Assembly: GCA_030141605.1 (NCBI GenBank) | Contig: JAQGDQ010000168.1 | Coordinates: 388,805 to 452,804 of the forward strand | Source: Tubiluchus corallicola | Lineage: Eukaryota > Animalia > Priapulida | Direction: 5' to 3' | DNA: 64,000 nt | Shown: piece by piece, positions 1-13,357 of the stretch | Layout of the letters: every line of letters starts with the position of its first letter | Numbering within the stretch: position 1 is the first letter of the stretch | Notes under the pieces: generated by a model | The model's input: the letters and a program-made list of their open reading frames with translations, nothing else | Database searches by the model: none | Told to the model about the DNA's origin: nothing | Program-made: the position numbers and the translations under genes

Positions 1-865
1 ATTGGCCAAAATACATTGCTGTAAGTTATATTTGTCGTTTTGCCGTTTTTATTAAAAACATTTTTATCGTTTACTAGATTGGTGTAAGTAAAGGGTTTTT
101 ACAATTTCCCACATATAAAATTGATAAGGTAAGCACAAAAAAATCAATCCAAATCATGCAATTTACAAATAAGCTTGGGGCAGCGCTTCTACAACTGCAC
201 AATCGCTTATTCATAACTTATATTGCATGGTAATCAATTTCGTCGATTTTTTTATGTCCGAGCTAACAGTCTTGCAAGACATTTTCCGACAGCCAATGGT
301 TTTGTACAATTTTAACAAGCCGAAAGCTACGTATCATGTGCATTGCTATGTAATTTCTATATAATCTATATTTATATATACATGTTATTTTACTGTTTAC
401 TTTTACTCATGTGTAAAATGTATATACTTATTTCTTGTGCCTAATAAATAATAATAAAGCAAATTGCCATGGCAAGATTGTCCAAATACATATTTGAAAC
501 TCATGCCTCCACAATCTGCACAGAGGACAAAACATATCATTTTAAAATTACTGTGAGGAAATGTAGACCAATCTTCTACCTTAGATGTCTAACTAACATC
601 TGTTAATAATATTTTATTGCGCTTATCTCTCTGATGTTATCATCTTTGCCCGTTGGACTGAAAAATTAATGCACTTTTGATGTATGCATTATTTATACAA
701 CTAGTCCTATAATATAAAATTAATTGCCTTTTAATTAATGTGCTTTAATTCCTATAATTTTAGTCATATATTACCAGTGTAGCTAATTAAATTTAAAAGT
801 ATGCGTGAGCATGTTTGTATGACTTACGACAACGACTGAGAGCTCAATTAAAGAACGGAGAAAAG

Positions 866-969
866 AGAATTGAAGAAAGAAGAAGAAAATAAGCAAACTG
901 TTAATTTGGGTCCATAAAGAATTGAAGAAGGAAGAAGAAAATAAGCAAACTGTTAATTTGGGTCCATAA
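866..969. repeat. Tandem duplication, 2 x 52 bp
   Basis: agaattgaagaa(a/g)gaagaagaaaataagcaaactgttaatttgggtccataa at 866 and 918, one mismatch. Confidence 0.9.
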
Positions 970-1249
970 TCACTCCTTACCCGTCGCGACAAATGTATAA
1001 ATGAAAATTTCGCTTTGCTTAACTGTTTTCATCCGTATCAGTACATGAATAAGGTGATGCAAGCACCCATTTTACGGATTTGCCAGTCCAGCAACGTGTT
1101 AATCAACCGTAAACTATTTGTCGCCACTGACGATTGCCCCGAGGAATTGACATTTGATATTTTTATGTCGTTCGCTGAATCGTTGAACACATAATTTCCC
1201 TTCATTACTGCTATGCCAATCCATTAAAGCAGTACCTCACTCTTTTGGC

Positions 1250-1650
1250 ATACAGTGTTGTACTTGTTACAGGCAATATGCAAAATTTAGACGTAATTTT
1301 TATAAAAATTCCCACGAAGTTCATATAACATATGCATTTCAAGAATGCATTAAGGTGAAGTAAATGTTTTTGCTATGCCACTTTCACGCTCTACCTAGAC
1401 TCTTAGCATAGCAGCTAGGATCTATATAAAATGTGTAAAGTGACTTTGACAAAGTGTGAAATGAAATTATATATAAAAATGTTGAATACTATATATTATT
1501 AATTAAGTACTGTATAGATGCATAAAACGACTTAAAATGTACTAATTTAAGCATGCAGTTCAAGTATGCCAGAGAGCTTTACTGGCAATGGATGCAACGT
1601 CACCATTTCTGCTACTGAATCAGGTGGACAACTTGCTCTCTGACAAATGC
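1250..1650. repeat. Dispersed repeat homologous (inverted) to 7000-7210 and 6290-6400
   Basis: 1380-1450 ctttcacgct...ctaggatctatat...gtgactttgacaaagtgt mirrors 7021-7100; 1580-1640 tggcaatggatgcaac...aatcaggtggac mirrors 6290-6345. Confidence 0.7.
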
Positions 1651-1674
1651 ACATAATTTATATAACCTCACATT

Positions 1675-2190
1675 AAATTACATAACGTCATATACGCACA
1701 ACTTAAGTCAGGGGAAGAAAAGACAATATAAAATTATGTCCCAAAAAACTTTCCATGCAAATCTATATTACTTAGCATTTCGCGTACCTACTGGAAAGAC
1801 TTACGTAGGTAGAAATAATAATTTAAAATGTTCGTGGCAATTAGTAAAATGTCGCTGGCTCACCCTCCAGGGCGAGCCACTCACTGACCAAAAACTTATG
1901 TTTTTTCTTATTGACAAGATACAGTAATTTTAAATTTTACTTAGTTAGTTACGTGTGTGCTACGGATGCTCTGGTTATTTTTTCAAACTTCACGCAATGT
2001 TATCTCAGCTTGTTTCAAACGACCTCCCATTAAAATGGCTGCACCTAACGGTCATCGCGGGAGTTTAAATTTACAAGTTTTATACAGCCTTACTGCCGTC
2101 GCCAGCCCTACGTGCAAAAAGGCAGTATGTAAGTGGTATAATTCAAGACGAATCTTTTAAGCTTTATGTAACTGGGGGGTTTCTTGTGCT
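1675..2190. mobile_element. Truncated inverted copy of the Kolobok-like non-autonomous element at 28273-28933
   Basis: Colinear reverse-complement similarity to 28273-28790; ends tttcttgtgct|TTAA at 2190/2191-2194. Confidence 0.75.
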
Positions 2191-2319
2191 TTAACTGCAT
2201 TGATTGTTTCGGCGCTCTATAAAACACCTAGGCATTCTGTAGGAAGGCCGGTTTCACACTTTGCCTTCAACATGTTTTCGCTAAGTCGCAGCTTCGTCAT
2301 ATGCAATATTATTTTTAAT

Positions 2320-2660
2320 ATACTTATGTCACTCCTTCTGTACTCATTACCCATTCCTTCAGCATAGGCTGTCAGGCATGTCATTTCGTCGATATAGTGT
2401 CGTTCAATTAAAATAGACATGTTGCTTCTTGGATACACTGTGTCATTGTCTGACACAGCTACTTCACTCTTTTGATGCACATGTCGTCTTTTCGACTTGA
2501 CTATGTCGCTTTTTCACTGTAAAATTCATTCCTTCAGTGTAAATATTTCGCCCGTTTGATATACAATGTCATTCTTTTGACGTAACCGTGTTGCTGCTTC
2601 AAAATACAATGTCATTCCTCTGACATAGCAATGATGCTTCTTTGATATACATTGTCATAG
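2320..2660. repeat. Degenerate ~21-bp minisatellite
   Basis: Recurring gatatacaatgtcattc(t/c)t(t/c)tga-like units. Confidence 0.55.
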
Positions 2661-3234
2661 TCTAAGACGATTCTTAAAAAAAATTGGTACGACATTTCTT
2701 TACGGTTTTTTATTTCTTTGAAACTAGTTAGCGGGTAGCCTAGCTCGAGACAAACAGTTACAACCTTTATTTCACTGTGGCAATATGATCTCTAATTTTC
2801 CATAACTGGTTTTCGTGCGACTCCAATAAGTATTCTATAGAACAGAGTTCAACATTTTATGTAGGCAAGAGAATTAACCTGACTTAGAGTAACAAACACT
2901 CTGACCTTTGCTGCAAGCATCAGACCGCTAAGGCAATGTGCACCAGATACAAAAATTAAGTCCACGCAGTAATTACTGTTATTACTCTAAATGAACCTTA
3001 TACACGACAACTCAATTTCAGCTGCTGCAACAGTAATATCTTGTACGTAGGTTATTAGCGTCACATAACGTCATTTGACTTTGACAATATATATCACTTA
3101 GGATCTGTATAAATCGTATATCTTAATTTCGGTGGTATATACATATACATATACATATACATCAATATATATTATATATTATATATACGTAATTATGATT
3201 ATAACGATATATACCCATATAAATATAAGTATAT

Positions 3235-3499
3235 ATAACCGATGAGGCCATTGCTTCGACGCCGGCGGCACCATTTTCGACGACCTGTACATCAAGCGAA
3301 AGGACTCGCTCCACAGATTTGCCATCGGGGGCTTAATCGGGTGTTTAATTGTCTCGAATCGGGCCCACCGGTAGGAACAGGGGCAAGAAATCTCCAAAAA
3401 ATGCCTCTTTGACCGCTTTTCGCAAAACTTTGAATTTGCAAAATTTATACCTCTTATTTCTAGAGAACGGAAACGTGCCAGGCGCGGTGCCAGTAATGG

Positions 3500-3500
<1 letters not shown>
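3235..3500 (+). mobile_element. GC-rich short element inside a (TA)n tract, possibly a non-autonomous Helitron-like element
   Basis: ~270 bp GC-rich island flanked by TA-rich repeats; 3' hairpin cgtgcc-a-ggcgcg followed by CCAGT (resembles a Helitron CTRR end). Confidence 0.3.
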
Positions 3501-3535
<35 letters not shown>

Positions 3536-4249
3536 TATCATATGCTATCACATGATAGCATACATTATACAATGTGAAATATCATTCAGTGAATGCCTGT
3601 CATGAATGGGTTACACTGCTAATAGGCAAATGCGTTTGGTGCAAAGAAATTAAAACTACGAGTGCAGTAGAAGTGCATAAAAACACAAGTAATAATATAA
3701 TTTATTCCAATAGCCCATTCAATAGTGGCTGTTATAGGTGTATTTAGATTTCACGGGAGGGCCTCAGTTTCCCGAACCCAACCATGCAAATTTTGCGAAA
3801 AACTGCACAAACAGCCGCCACAAAAAATCGATTTGTGCAACTGTTTAGGCATGTCGAGAAAAAATAAGCACGCTCACAGAAAGAGGACGAAACGATCTAC
3901 AAGGTGTGCAGGTATCGTTGGGAGCGATGTCCACTAGATGAAACAGGAAGAATGTATTTCGAAGTTCTTTTTCAACGCCTTTGCTGCACGCTGCTTGGAA
4001 CATCCATTGTCTTTGAGTTTGATAAATGCCGTGGCTGTTCCAGGCATTGTGATCACCCACCATGCTAAGGTGTTATAGACTGAACACGTAAGTTATATCT
4101 GTTCGCCTATTATCATCAGAGAAACAGTGCACAAACTATGTAGAATGTTGGTGTATTATTGATCATTGGTGGACAATCTAGCAGCATTTATTATAGCACA
4201 CAAATTCAAGTTTGTGCAAAATGTTTTGCATGGTTTGGCTGTGATGCTG

Positions 4250-4420
4250 CGCTGTTGGTATTGGTGTTGTAGGTGTCGTCATCGTCCTCGTCATCATCAT
4301 CATGGTCACCATGTGATGTGGTGGGCTTGGTGTGCTGTGGTATGGCGTGGTGAGTATGCTGTGGATGGTGTGGTGCGGTGGTGTAGCATGTGCGGTATGG
4401 TGTGGCATGGGTTGTCATTG
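4250..4420. repeat. Low-complexity (CAT)n / (GTGTG)n-like tract
   Basis: Direct inspection. Confidence 0.7.
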
Positions 4421-4789
4421 GTTTGTGCGCAAAATTCTTTTGCGGGGTTTGACTAGTATTTAATAATATATAAGCTGCAATAGTTAACAGACTGTACAAC
4501 TGTTTCTAGCCATAATCTTTAAGAACTCACATCGACGGCACATCAAAGGAAGGCACTAGTTGAAGTCGTACCGTCCACCGCCTGTATTTATATTATCGGC
4601 CAGCTCAACTATTCAAATGTAACTTGCAAGTCGAATTAGATGAGTCCCAAAAAACGGAACATTCAACCACTTCTTTCTTAATAGAAAATTAAATTTTGTT
4701 TTCGATGATTTAAACCAACTGGACATTCTCTTGGCAGGAACTTCCGTAAGTTCCAATAAAGAACTTCTTTTTTTGTTTGTAAAATTAAT

Positions 4790-4980
4790 GTTGCTCCTGC
4801 TGTTGGTATTCTGGGCTATTGGTGTTGCTGTAGCTGCTGTTGTTGTTGTTTTTTGTTGTTTTGTTGCTGTTGTTGTTGCTGCTGCTGTCGTTGTAGTTGC
4901 TGTTGAATCAATACATTATAAGCATTCATTAGTTAAAATAATAATAAATATAATAATAGTTATTATAATAATTATTATAA
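4790..4980. repeat. (GTT/GCT)n followed by (AAT)n microsatellites
   Basis: Direct inspection. Confidence 0.85.
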
Positions 4981-5889
4981 TGCAGTGCGTTTGAATAAAT
5001 GTATTGCTGGTGATCATGACAAGTGGGTCTAAAAGATCCTCAATGTAATAGCAGAAAAGATTTTCCATTCTTGGATATTAGCGAGTGCGTCATGTATCAT
5101 GTCATAAGCCAGGAGACACTTATTACAACTCTCAGCAACAACATGAAAGATACTTTAAAACAAGAAAACCGTCACGATAAGACCTGGTAGGCATGGAACT
5201 ACAGTCACAATAACAGGGAGTTATTGTTGGCTTCCCAGAGGGTACTTTTGCAGTTGGTCTCTAAAGACGTGTCACTTTTTCGTAGAAATTGAATGCAGTT
5301 CTCGATGCTGACGTCTACGAATGCATACAACGACGTAATAGTGTCCGAATTTTGATTTTCTCTTTGGGAGTTTGGAGATGTAATTGCCGGTGCATTACAC
5401 AGAAGAGTACTTGTTTCGGCAATACTGACTTCTATAGCAAATCGTAGTTTGCAAGAAGAAACTTTTATGTAGTCCTATAAGCCTGCGATGTGACGTATGT
5501 GTACGATCTAGTGAAACTAATGCAATATTGTGTATGTAAGTCAAGCTTACAGTACATTTTACAGGCAAAACGTGAAACCGGCATTGTGTAGAATATCTAG
5601 ACATGTTACACACGTTGTAAATTTTATGGAGTGCCAAAGGTATTCATGTAAAATTCCTAAAATAATATCTTGTACACTTTTCATAGGCATTGTATGTAAT
5701 GTAAGTTTGTCTACACAAAGTACGTAATTTTTGGTTAACTGACGTGCTTTTCCTAAGCATTTTATAGAATGATAGATAAATTTTACTTAAAGTAGAAATA
5801 AAACAAACGACCAATTACATGTATTCTGATATAATTTTCCAGGGAATTTTATATAATGTCAGTTTTATTTTAGGGAATGTGTTAATTTG

Positions 5890-6310
5890 AAATACTGATC
5901 TTTTGCCAGTCATGAACTCACGTAATGAAATTTGTCGAGGAATACTGGACTACTGGCTTATTATGACACGTTGTGACCAACAAAGACAGTGTTCCATGAT
6001 GGTGGACTCATTGCTCTGGCTGTTTGCTCTTCCGAGGCGACAATGTCGTACAAGTCACACTTGGTGTTCAGGGTGGAGAAAATATTTTGCAGACAGAAAT
6101 GTTCAAGCTTTCTGATGCGACGGCAAGACGATAGCTTGATAGACCAGAATCATTTTTAAATTTAGATCTTTGCTCTTAAAGACTCGTTTCGTAAGTTTCC
6201 CAAAACTTCATATGAGATACTCCAGTTAGATGCTCCGCACATTTTTCGGGAGTACTATCTTGCATATCAAGCTTCTTGGGAGAGGAAAGTGGTCCACCTG
6301 ATTGAGAAGC
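5890..6310 (-). mobile_element. RTE-clade LINE remnant (RT C-terminal region)
   Basis: Minus-strand frames give LNQVDHFP, FGKLTKRVFKSKDLNLKMILVYQAIVLPS, RIRKLEHF, ANSQSNESTIMEHCLCW and SIPRQISLREFMTGKRS, matching the RTE/BovB C-terminal pattern; frameshifted. Confidence 0.75.
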
Positions 6311-6447
6311 ATGTCCGTGATGGTGATGTTGCATCCATTGCCAATATAACAATTAACTCATTGGCTTTGTTGAGTTGCTTGCTGAATTTAGTACATTGAC
6401 CAAGTCGTTTTATGCATTTCATACAATCTCCAGGTAATGTAAAAACA

Positions 6448-6992
6448 TAGGGTGTCTCAAAAGTCAATATACACTATGATTTTTAATTTTCCTTTCAAAT
6501 TTGTCTCGGTAACGCCTCACATAATTCAAAAGAAGCCGAGCCTGTGGCAATTCTTTTTGTCTATTTTTTGACTAAAACTCCGTTGCTACGGTGATAACGT
6601 TAGAAATGAGCTGCAAAATTAACCTGGCATGAGGTTCTTCAATCGCCAGTTCCGGAAGTTGAACGGATATTCAGAATACAGTTTAAGCAAACTATTAACA
6701 ACATAGTTTTTCAGCAAGATGCAGCCCTTCCTTATCACTCATGGGCTGTGAAAGGCTTTCTCAATGCAAGTGTCAAACTTCCTTGGTTTCTAAGCTTCTT
6801 GAAGCCCGCGAAGAAGGTTGCGAAAATAGCAAACCTACTAGTGCAGTAACGCTTTAGACATTTTCATTTGATTTGACTAAAAATATTGTCCAAGGTTTTA
6901 GTATATATATACTAATTTTCAAACATTTTGCTTTGTTTGTTAAAAATATAGAAAATGAAAAGCGTGTGTAGTGAATTCTGGGTCACTCAGTA
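6448..6992 (+). mobile_element. Deleted Tc1/mariner-like DNA transposon
   Basis: NIVFQQDAALPYHSWAVKGFLN at ~6700-6768 (cf. FQQDGAPPH); degenerate TA-flanked ends tagggtgtctca / tgggtcactcagta. Confidence 0.6.
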
Positions 6993-7577
6993 TATAGAAA
7001 AAGTTTAATTAAACATAAACTACACTTTGCCAAAGTCACTTTATGCTTTTCATATAGATCCTAGCTATTATACAAAACGTCTAGATAAAGCGTGAAAGTG
7101 CCGCAGCAAAAAATTTCGCACTTGTATCGAAATGCACAGATATTACATGAAATGCTCAGAAATTTTTAAAATGTCTAAATTATGCACATTGTCTGTAACA
7201 TATGCACACAACTTGTGAAACCAGCGCAGTGTAAGCGTAGTTACAAAAGTTCGTACGAACTTCTAAAAATATTTGCGTGCGAAGATTCTTACGAACATTT
7301 TAGCGACGGGATGCCCAAGTGACTGACAACAGTAAACCGCATACAAGTCAAAAGGGATCTCCAGCCATATCTATAGTAATAGGATTAAGCCCAAATATTT
7401 TATATTTGCTAATGTTTCAAATATTTTATAATTTTTCAAATATTTTATATTTATTAATTTTTCATAAAATTAATATTGCTGAATTAATTACTTACAAGTT
7501 AGAAATATAAGAAAATCGAGGAAAAGACAACAATAAACTACACAATAAACCACACAAAAACTCCTTCAATATTATTA

Positions 7578-7900
7578 TTCGATTTTGGCTACGTATGTCA
7601 CAAAAGTATATGCACCAATGTGGTTTAAAATAAACACTTCTTGCAGAAAAGCAGCATCTCATGAGTATCATTTGTAGATCACATTATTTACCAGACCCTG
7701 TTATTCGAAGAAATGCTTACTTTGCTCACCCTGAAAACATACTTTTAGTTATGCTTGGAGATGAAGATGAAACTATAAAAGAACTGGGAAGGAGAAGGAT
7801 TTTTAGAACAAGGATGAAGACGAAAGTAGAAGGCATAAGAAAATTCAAAATTCCTGCCATAAACTTTGAGGCACTGCTTACGATCAGCTCATAGACTGGC
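7578..7900 (+). mobile_element. DNA-transposase fragment (NAYFAHPENILL type; superfamily uncertain, possibly Sola-like)
   Basis: ILATYVTKVYAPMWFKI then, frameshifted, VIRRNAYFAHPENILLVMLGDEDETIKELGRRRI...IRKFKIPAINFEA. Confidence 0.65.
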
Positions 7901-7949
7901 AAGCGATCGAACGCGCATGATCACCAATCATGAAAAACATTTCAGATGT

Positions 7950-8340
7950 GACTTTTGCGAAGATCTAGCGAAATGTGGTGCCATGTATGTATATGATCTA
8001 ATGAAACCAGTGCAGTGTACGTATGTATACAATCGAGCGAAAGCGGTCAAGTGTAAGCATACAAACTAGTAAAACTAATGCAGTATATGAATATTATCCA
8101 GCTTAAACGAGGAAATTCACGTAGGCCTACACGATCTAATCAGACCTGTACAGAGTATGTACGCGATCTAGCTAAACTACTGCAGGTAAGTCAAAATACG
8201 ACATAGATATATGACTTAGCAAAACCAGTCCAGTGTTTGTACATGATCTAAGTGCAGTTGTATGTATACGATCTAACGAAACCTATGCAGATTATGAAAA
8301 TGATCTAGCAAAATAGATGCAGCGTGTGCATATACGATCT
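7950..8340. repeat. Degenerate ~33-37 bp tandem repeat; related segment at ~5470-5550
   Basis: Recurring (ac/at)gatcta..aaac..tgcag.gtatgtat units. Confidence 0.6.
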
Positions 8341-9030
8341 ATTATTTCAACTCACGTAACATACAAAACCTCTCAAAGCTCTCGTGCTGCACTCATAAAT
8401 CAACCGTTACAAGGATTCATTTCGGCAGGATCTTATAAGAAAGAGCTGCACTCAGGGAACTTTCCCTAATCTCCCTAGATTAACATGTCAATAAAATCGT
8501 ACCAGACAAACTAACAGCAAACCTAAGCAGAAATTTGAACTTGGCGCACGCTTTATCGATAATATGAAAAGTAACTGCCTTGCAGTTTTTCATACAAATC
8601 GCCCTAAAAAGTCTATACAGTCACCACTAAGGATAAAAAGAGACTATTCAGTTCAAATTTTATTTCTGTGACTAAGAACATATAAAATACAAATACAGTC
8701 CTAAAATGAAACAAAATACGTTGAAATGAAAAATTACAAGATTAAATGTGTATACACGGTTAGTAAATTAAGAGCTAAATAAATTTTTGAGACTAATTAT
8801 TTAATAACTCGTTCCACTCTACAAAAAAGCAGAAGCTGACAAGTCTATGTGGTGAAGAACTATGATATAATAGATGATTATGATGATTATAATGACAGGA
8901 CTTGTGTCATATGGTCGAAATTCATGGAGAAAACCTTTATGCCATATGATTAAAGTTTGTGGAGTATGGAATTTAGCAAATAAAGATCAGTAATAAAGTG
9001 TATAATCGGACTGGAGTTATTACAAAACCC

Positions 9031-9062
<32 letters not shown>
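9031..9062. repeat. (TTA)n microsatellite
   Basis: Direct inspection. Confidence 0.9.
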
Positions 9063-11483
9063 AGCATTGGATATTTCAAGACCTATTAACTTGACATTGT
9101 CATGCATTTAAAGCTCAATAGTAAAACCTTTATTAATGTGCTTGGTGATTAATGAAAGCACATTATCAATGGAGTGAGAAGATATCGCACATCAACACGA
9201 AAGGCATTATTGTGCAGGAATCACCATAACTACTCATTTAGTATTTGACTTCAAAGGCCATACTGATGAATCAATAACAGCGGGTAATCCACAATAATTT
9301 GAGAGATCTGGTTTCTCACACCTTTATATGCTTGTAGGGATAGTTGAAATAAGTTTCCAAGATGAAAACATAAGTTAGCTCCCCAATGATTGAATAGTCT
9401 GAACGGCACAAAAGACACGGCTTTAACAGGTTTGGCATCCACTATCAAAAATACTAATAAAACAACGATCATAGACGGAATCATGGATGTTATAATAAAT
9501 AGAATTACGTTTTTATTTTCTAATACACTACCACGGAAAACGCTTTAATACCTTTCCTGGGGAAGCAGAACGCAATAGGCTGGAAACATCTGTTTATTAG
9601 TGAATAAAAACATAATTCATTCTATTATGACATCATTATGACACCAGTGATTCAATCTACAATCTTTGTTTTGCTAGCACTCCACGTTTTGAAGACAATC
9701 ATAGAATTCCACTTTATGAGGAATGTTTCCTTTCTTGCTGGGCTAAGATGATAAGAATGACTTCCGAGACGTGTTCACACAGGTCAAAATTGAAAAATCG
9801 GATCTAGGTGGAAATAATGGAATCTGTATCCGTGGTTTTTGAAGTTAAAGTTCTCGACATTTGGTGAGCAGCTTTGCTATGTAAACCGAGTAAATAATCG
9901 AATCGCATCCAATGAACAAAGAACACTGTTAAAGACAAATTCAATGTTAAAAATGTGCCAAAAATCTTCCAAGCCTAACTTTATTTGGAAATAGAACAGT
10001 GAAATACAGTAATTCTTAGTACAGCTTTGTACTACTCTCAGAGTCTCCTTCTGTTTGTATTTATTTCATGCTTGAAGTAAGTGATGTCACTCAGCCATGT
10101 TATGCAGACTTCACATTTTCCAAAAATGGCTTCTATTTGAAATGATACCGGATACAAGAGAGTGAACTAAGATTGTTAAGAAATAACTTTAGCTGAAAGA
10201 TATGTGACGGTGAGCATTAAGGGTTTTAAGAAGATATCGTTCAGTGGTACATCAGCAAGAAAGGCATGACTAGTCACAAACGACTTCAAATTTTTAAAAG
10301 TTTGTTAGCTTACAAAGCTAGAAGCTCTGTTGGACAAATCGTACATGACCCCGAACTGGCCGGTTTATCAGAACATCCTGTAGTATGAGCATCTCAACAG
10401 TACATAACAAGTACATGTTCAAAAAAGAGCGTTCTACCATTTGTGTATGCTGTGATTTTAGTAGGGTGATATACGCTAATGAATCTATGGTCAGCACTGA
10501 AGTCTCTAAAGAAATGGGTTGATATTTGCTGGAGGATGACGACAGAGGCCTGCATCAATAATAGACTAGACAGCATTTAGTACTTTAACATACTGAAACG
10601 TTCCTTTGGCACAGTGCACACATTTCATCGCCGATGTTAAGGGATTCCTATCTTTCTAAATAAGGCAGTTTCTCACCTTTGAAAGATAGGACTTCTCTTT
10701 TCTTGGAGAAGCTCTCCTGTGAGTTTTTAAGGTGTTCGTTGACTTAACTAAGGTGCTCCTTTGCCTTTAAACTAATTTTCTCTATGTCGTCTAACTTGAG
10801 GTTTAACCACTATTTTGTCGCATGCGTTTTTTCCATTAAAGCTTTATCAGTTCAGCGTTAAACACGAATGAGGTAACTGACATCCCCAAAAGCCCAGAAA
10901 AAACATTAGCCGGCTTATCAGGAATGCCTTTATATAAATGGCGTCACCATTTCTAAAAATGAAGAACGGGTTAACGCTTAAGTAACCTAAAGGTTAAGTT
11001 TTAAGAATGTGCCACTTTGTGATAGTTTCGCTTATTCAAAACAAATAGTTTTACTATCTTGAACAACTTTCCATACACGTATTTTGAATTGGCTATAGTT
11101 AGCCAGTAGGCCACTCACTAAATGAGCACATAAAAATTTGTGATGCAGTCAGTAATATAGTTTGTCTGTAAGTTATGCAATAAATCGTTTAGGAGTGAAG
11201 TAGTCAGTAGGCTTCTCGCTTAAAAAATACATATAAAAATTCTAAGACAGACAGTCAAACAGTCAATTAGTTAGTTATTCAGCCACTGAGTTTGGCAGTC
11301 TTATTATAAGTTGACCAGTTAGGAGTTAATACCTCAGTCTTGATCAGTCAATTACTTAGTGAATAAACGAATTAATCATTCACTAAGTTAATCAGCAAAA
11401 CAGTCGGCGTCAGTGTATTAGTTCATTTACTTGGCCCGGTTGTCAGTCAGTCTGTTGGTCTTCAAATTCAAATTCGAATTCAA

Positions 11484-11643
11484 TCAAATTTATTATAATT
11501 AAGAACAATTCATCTCAACAAAATATACATCTTATTGATTAGTGATTACTGTGTTATCTAATCATGAGAGTTTCACATGTTATTATGTATGTTTTAGGGG
11601 AGACCTAGGGAAGTCGAGGCTTATGTAACGCCACCCAGAGGGC
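11484..11643 (-). mobile_element. Short retroposon-like insertion flanked by a 13-bp direct repeat
   Basis: AATTCGAATTCAA at 11471-11483 and 11644-11656; minus-strand AATAAA near the left junction. Confidence 0.5.
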
Positions 11644-12070
11644 AATTCGAATTCAAATTGAAAAGACATAGTAACAGCTGACGCAAAACAAGGCAATGAC
11701 AAGCCAACAAGAAAGATAAGTGCTAATATGCGTACAACAGAAGCTGCTTCATCTTGACATTATTTTTACACAATGTTGAGGACAACGCCCCATTTTGAAA
11801 GATTTTGATTTTTAATCAATGTACGTATTTTTTAAGTATCACTCTCCATAACATTCTTTATACTTATAGGGCCTTGTTTTAATAAATCATTTTCAAGCAC
11901 ATATACCCTAAAAATATTTGTAAACATGGCCACTTGTTTAAAACAAAGGCAAAAAATACAGCAAAGCGTTTGGTATAGAAATGGTTTATAAATAATAATT
12001 ATTTTTAAGCCTTTATTGATATTCAAATACCATTAATTTTCAATTCATGTTATTTCATGATCGTCTCATG

Positions 12071-12276
12071 TTAATTAGCCTTTTTCTCCAAAGCGTTGTG
12101 GTGTATTCCTACTTTCTTCTGAGCCTTGGCGAAGTATGATTCGTAGAAAAACTTAAGAAAGAGTATCATGTAGCTAATGTAAATCATACAGCCACAAATC
12201 TGATTAATGTCATTTCCATTGCAACGGAGATCCAAAAACAAACTAAGGTATAATTTCCAAGTGCAGACTATAAAAC
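12071..12276 (-). CDS. ELOVL6: ELOVL6-like fatty acid elongase, coding exon 2 (terminal)
   Basis: Acceptor tttgacag|GTTTTATA; phase-1 join G|GT; encodes FIVCTWK...MIYISYMILFLKFFYESY and ends KKAN* (dilysine ER-retrieval motif). Confidence 0.9.
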
Positions 12277-13357
12277 CTGTCAAACAAATAATAACAAATT
12301 AAAACGCGAAACTATTATAGGTATACTGTTAATAATAAATGTGGTGTCGGCAGAAAAAATTATTCACCAACAGATGTCCCTCTAGGGAAATAGTTTTGCC
12401 AATAAGAACTTAGCTTACTTTGACGCTTACTATAACAGCACCAGTGTGTTGACAGGTGATGAAAAAATAATGGCACCTCCGTCAAGTTTTTCAGAGTTTT
12501 CGTCATGACAACATAACAGATTTCGTTTCAAACTTGAATAACGTTATGCATGACTGATATTCCACATAACTGATTTAAGGTGTTTTGGACGAAAACTGTT
12601 TCAATGAAAATTGTTTTTCCTACTTTCCTGCTTTTCACGCATGCAGCGACTGTTCTCTTTTCGCCAGTTTAGGTGCCTAACACATCCCGTCTACACAATT
12701 TTAAGGCTAAAACAATTATTATTACAATATTCTACGTAGCCACCATTGTAAGCCTTTCCCTCTTTAAAAAAAATTATAATAATAAAGCATAACAAAAGTC
12801 TATATATGGTGCCATCTATATGGTGACTGAAGTGCTGGTTACAGATCTAATCCAGGAAATTTAATTGGTTTTGTGGAATCCATTTTGTAAACGTCATCCA
12901 CATTGTTCTTATATAAATCTACCTTTATTCTATTCTTCAGGAAGCTGAGTAACATTTAACATTGTTACATGGCATAAATCTATTCGATTTTTAGTACCCC
13001 TACATAGCTTACTGGTAGTGGGTATATAGTGGGAAAAATAGTACATTTTTCAACACAAATGTGTATTTTGTATTAATATTGTATTTTGTGTTTGTATTGA
13101 TACGCTGTTCTATTGTATCGGTACAAATTTTCTTTGTTCATAAATGCAGAAAATATTGTAGACCTGCAACATTTTCAATCAGCGATTATATATTATCGCA
13201 CTTTCATTCTTTAATTTTGTTTTTGCCTTTGTAGCATCAGAACACTAAAGAACGTTACATGTATTTGTGGTTCTACTTTAGTTTAGATTAAGGGAATGGG
13301 TTTTCGAAAAATGCTGATTAACAAGACGATGGCCATTCCGTGTTAAAAAGAACTTAC

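Larger units (their letters stand above)
3850..5430 (-). mobile_element. Highly decayed Penelope-like retroelement fragments interrupted by simple repeats
   Basis: Minus-strand pieces in the expected order: TITSLYAFVDVSIENCIQFL (cf. DVTSLFTNVP), ALANI, LVPSFDV (cf. LPFLDV), IINAARLSTN (cf. IVNFPFLSSN), KLKDNGCSKQRAAKALKK; many stops and frameshifts. Confidence 0.35.

Noticed and set aside
980-1230. Possible exon or mariner fragment (QFLGAIVSGDK*)
   Set aside because: Stops in all frames; a single weak motif match
4531-4581. 51-nt phase-2 minus-strand exon candidate as CNRIP1 exon 2
   Set aside because: Peptide RWTVRLQLVPSFDVPS does not resemble CRIP1 and fits a Penelope-like LPFLDV motif better
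7950-8340. CRISPR-like 33-37 bp periodicity (also 29945-30290)
   Set aside because: Whole units are degenerate tandem copies with no unique spacers; no cas genes; eukaryotic context
10200-10800. Higher-GC segment, possible LINE endonuclease remnant (FISVYHPT)
   Set aside because: Too degenerate to support
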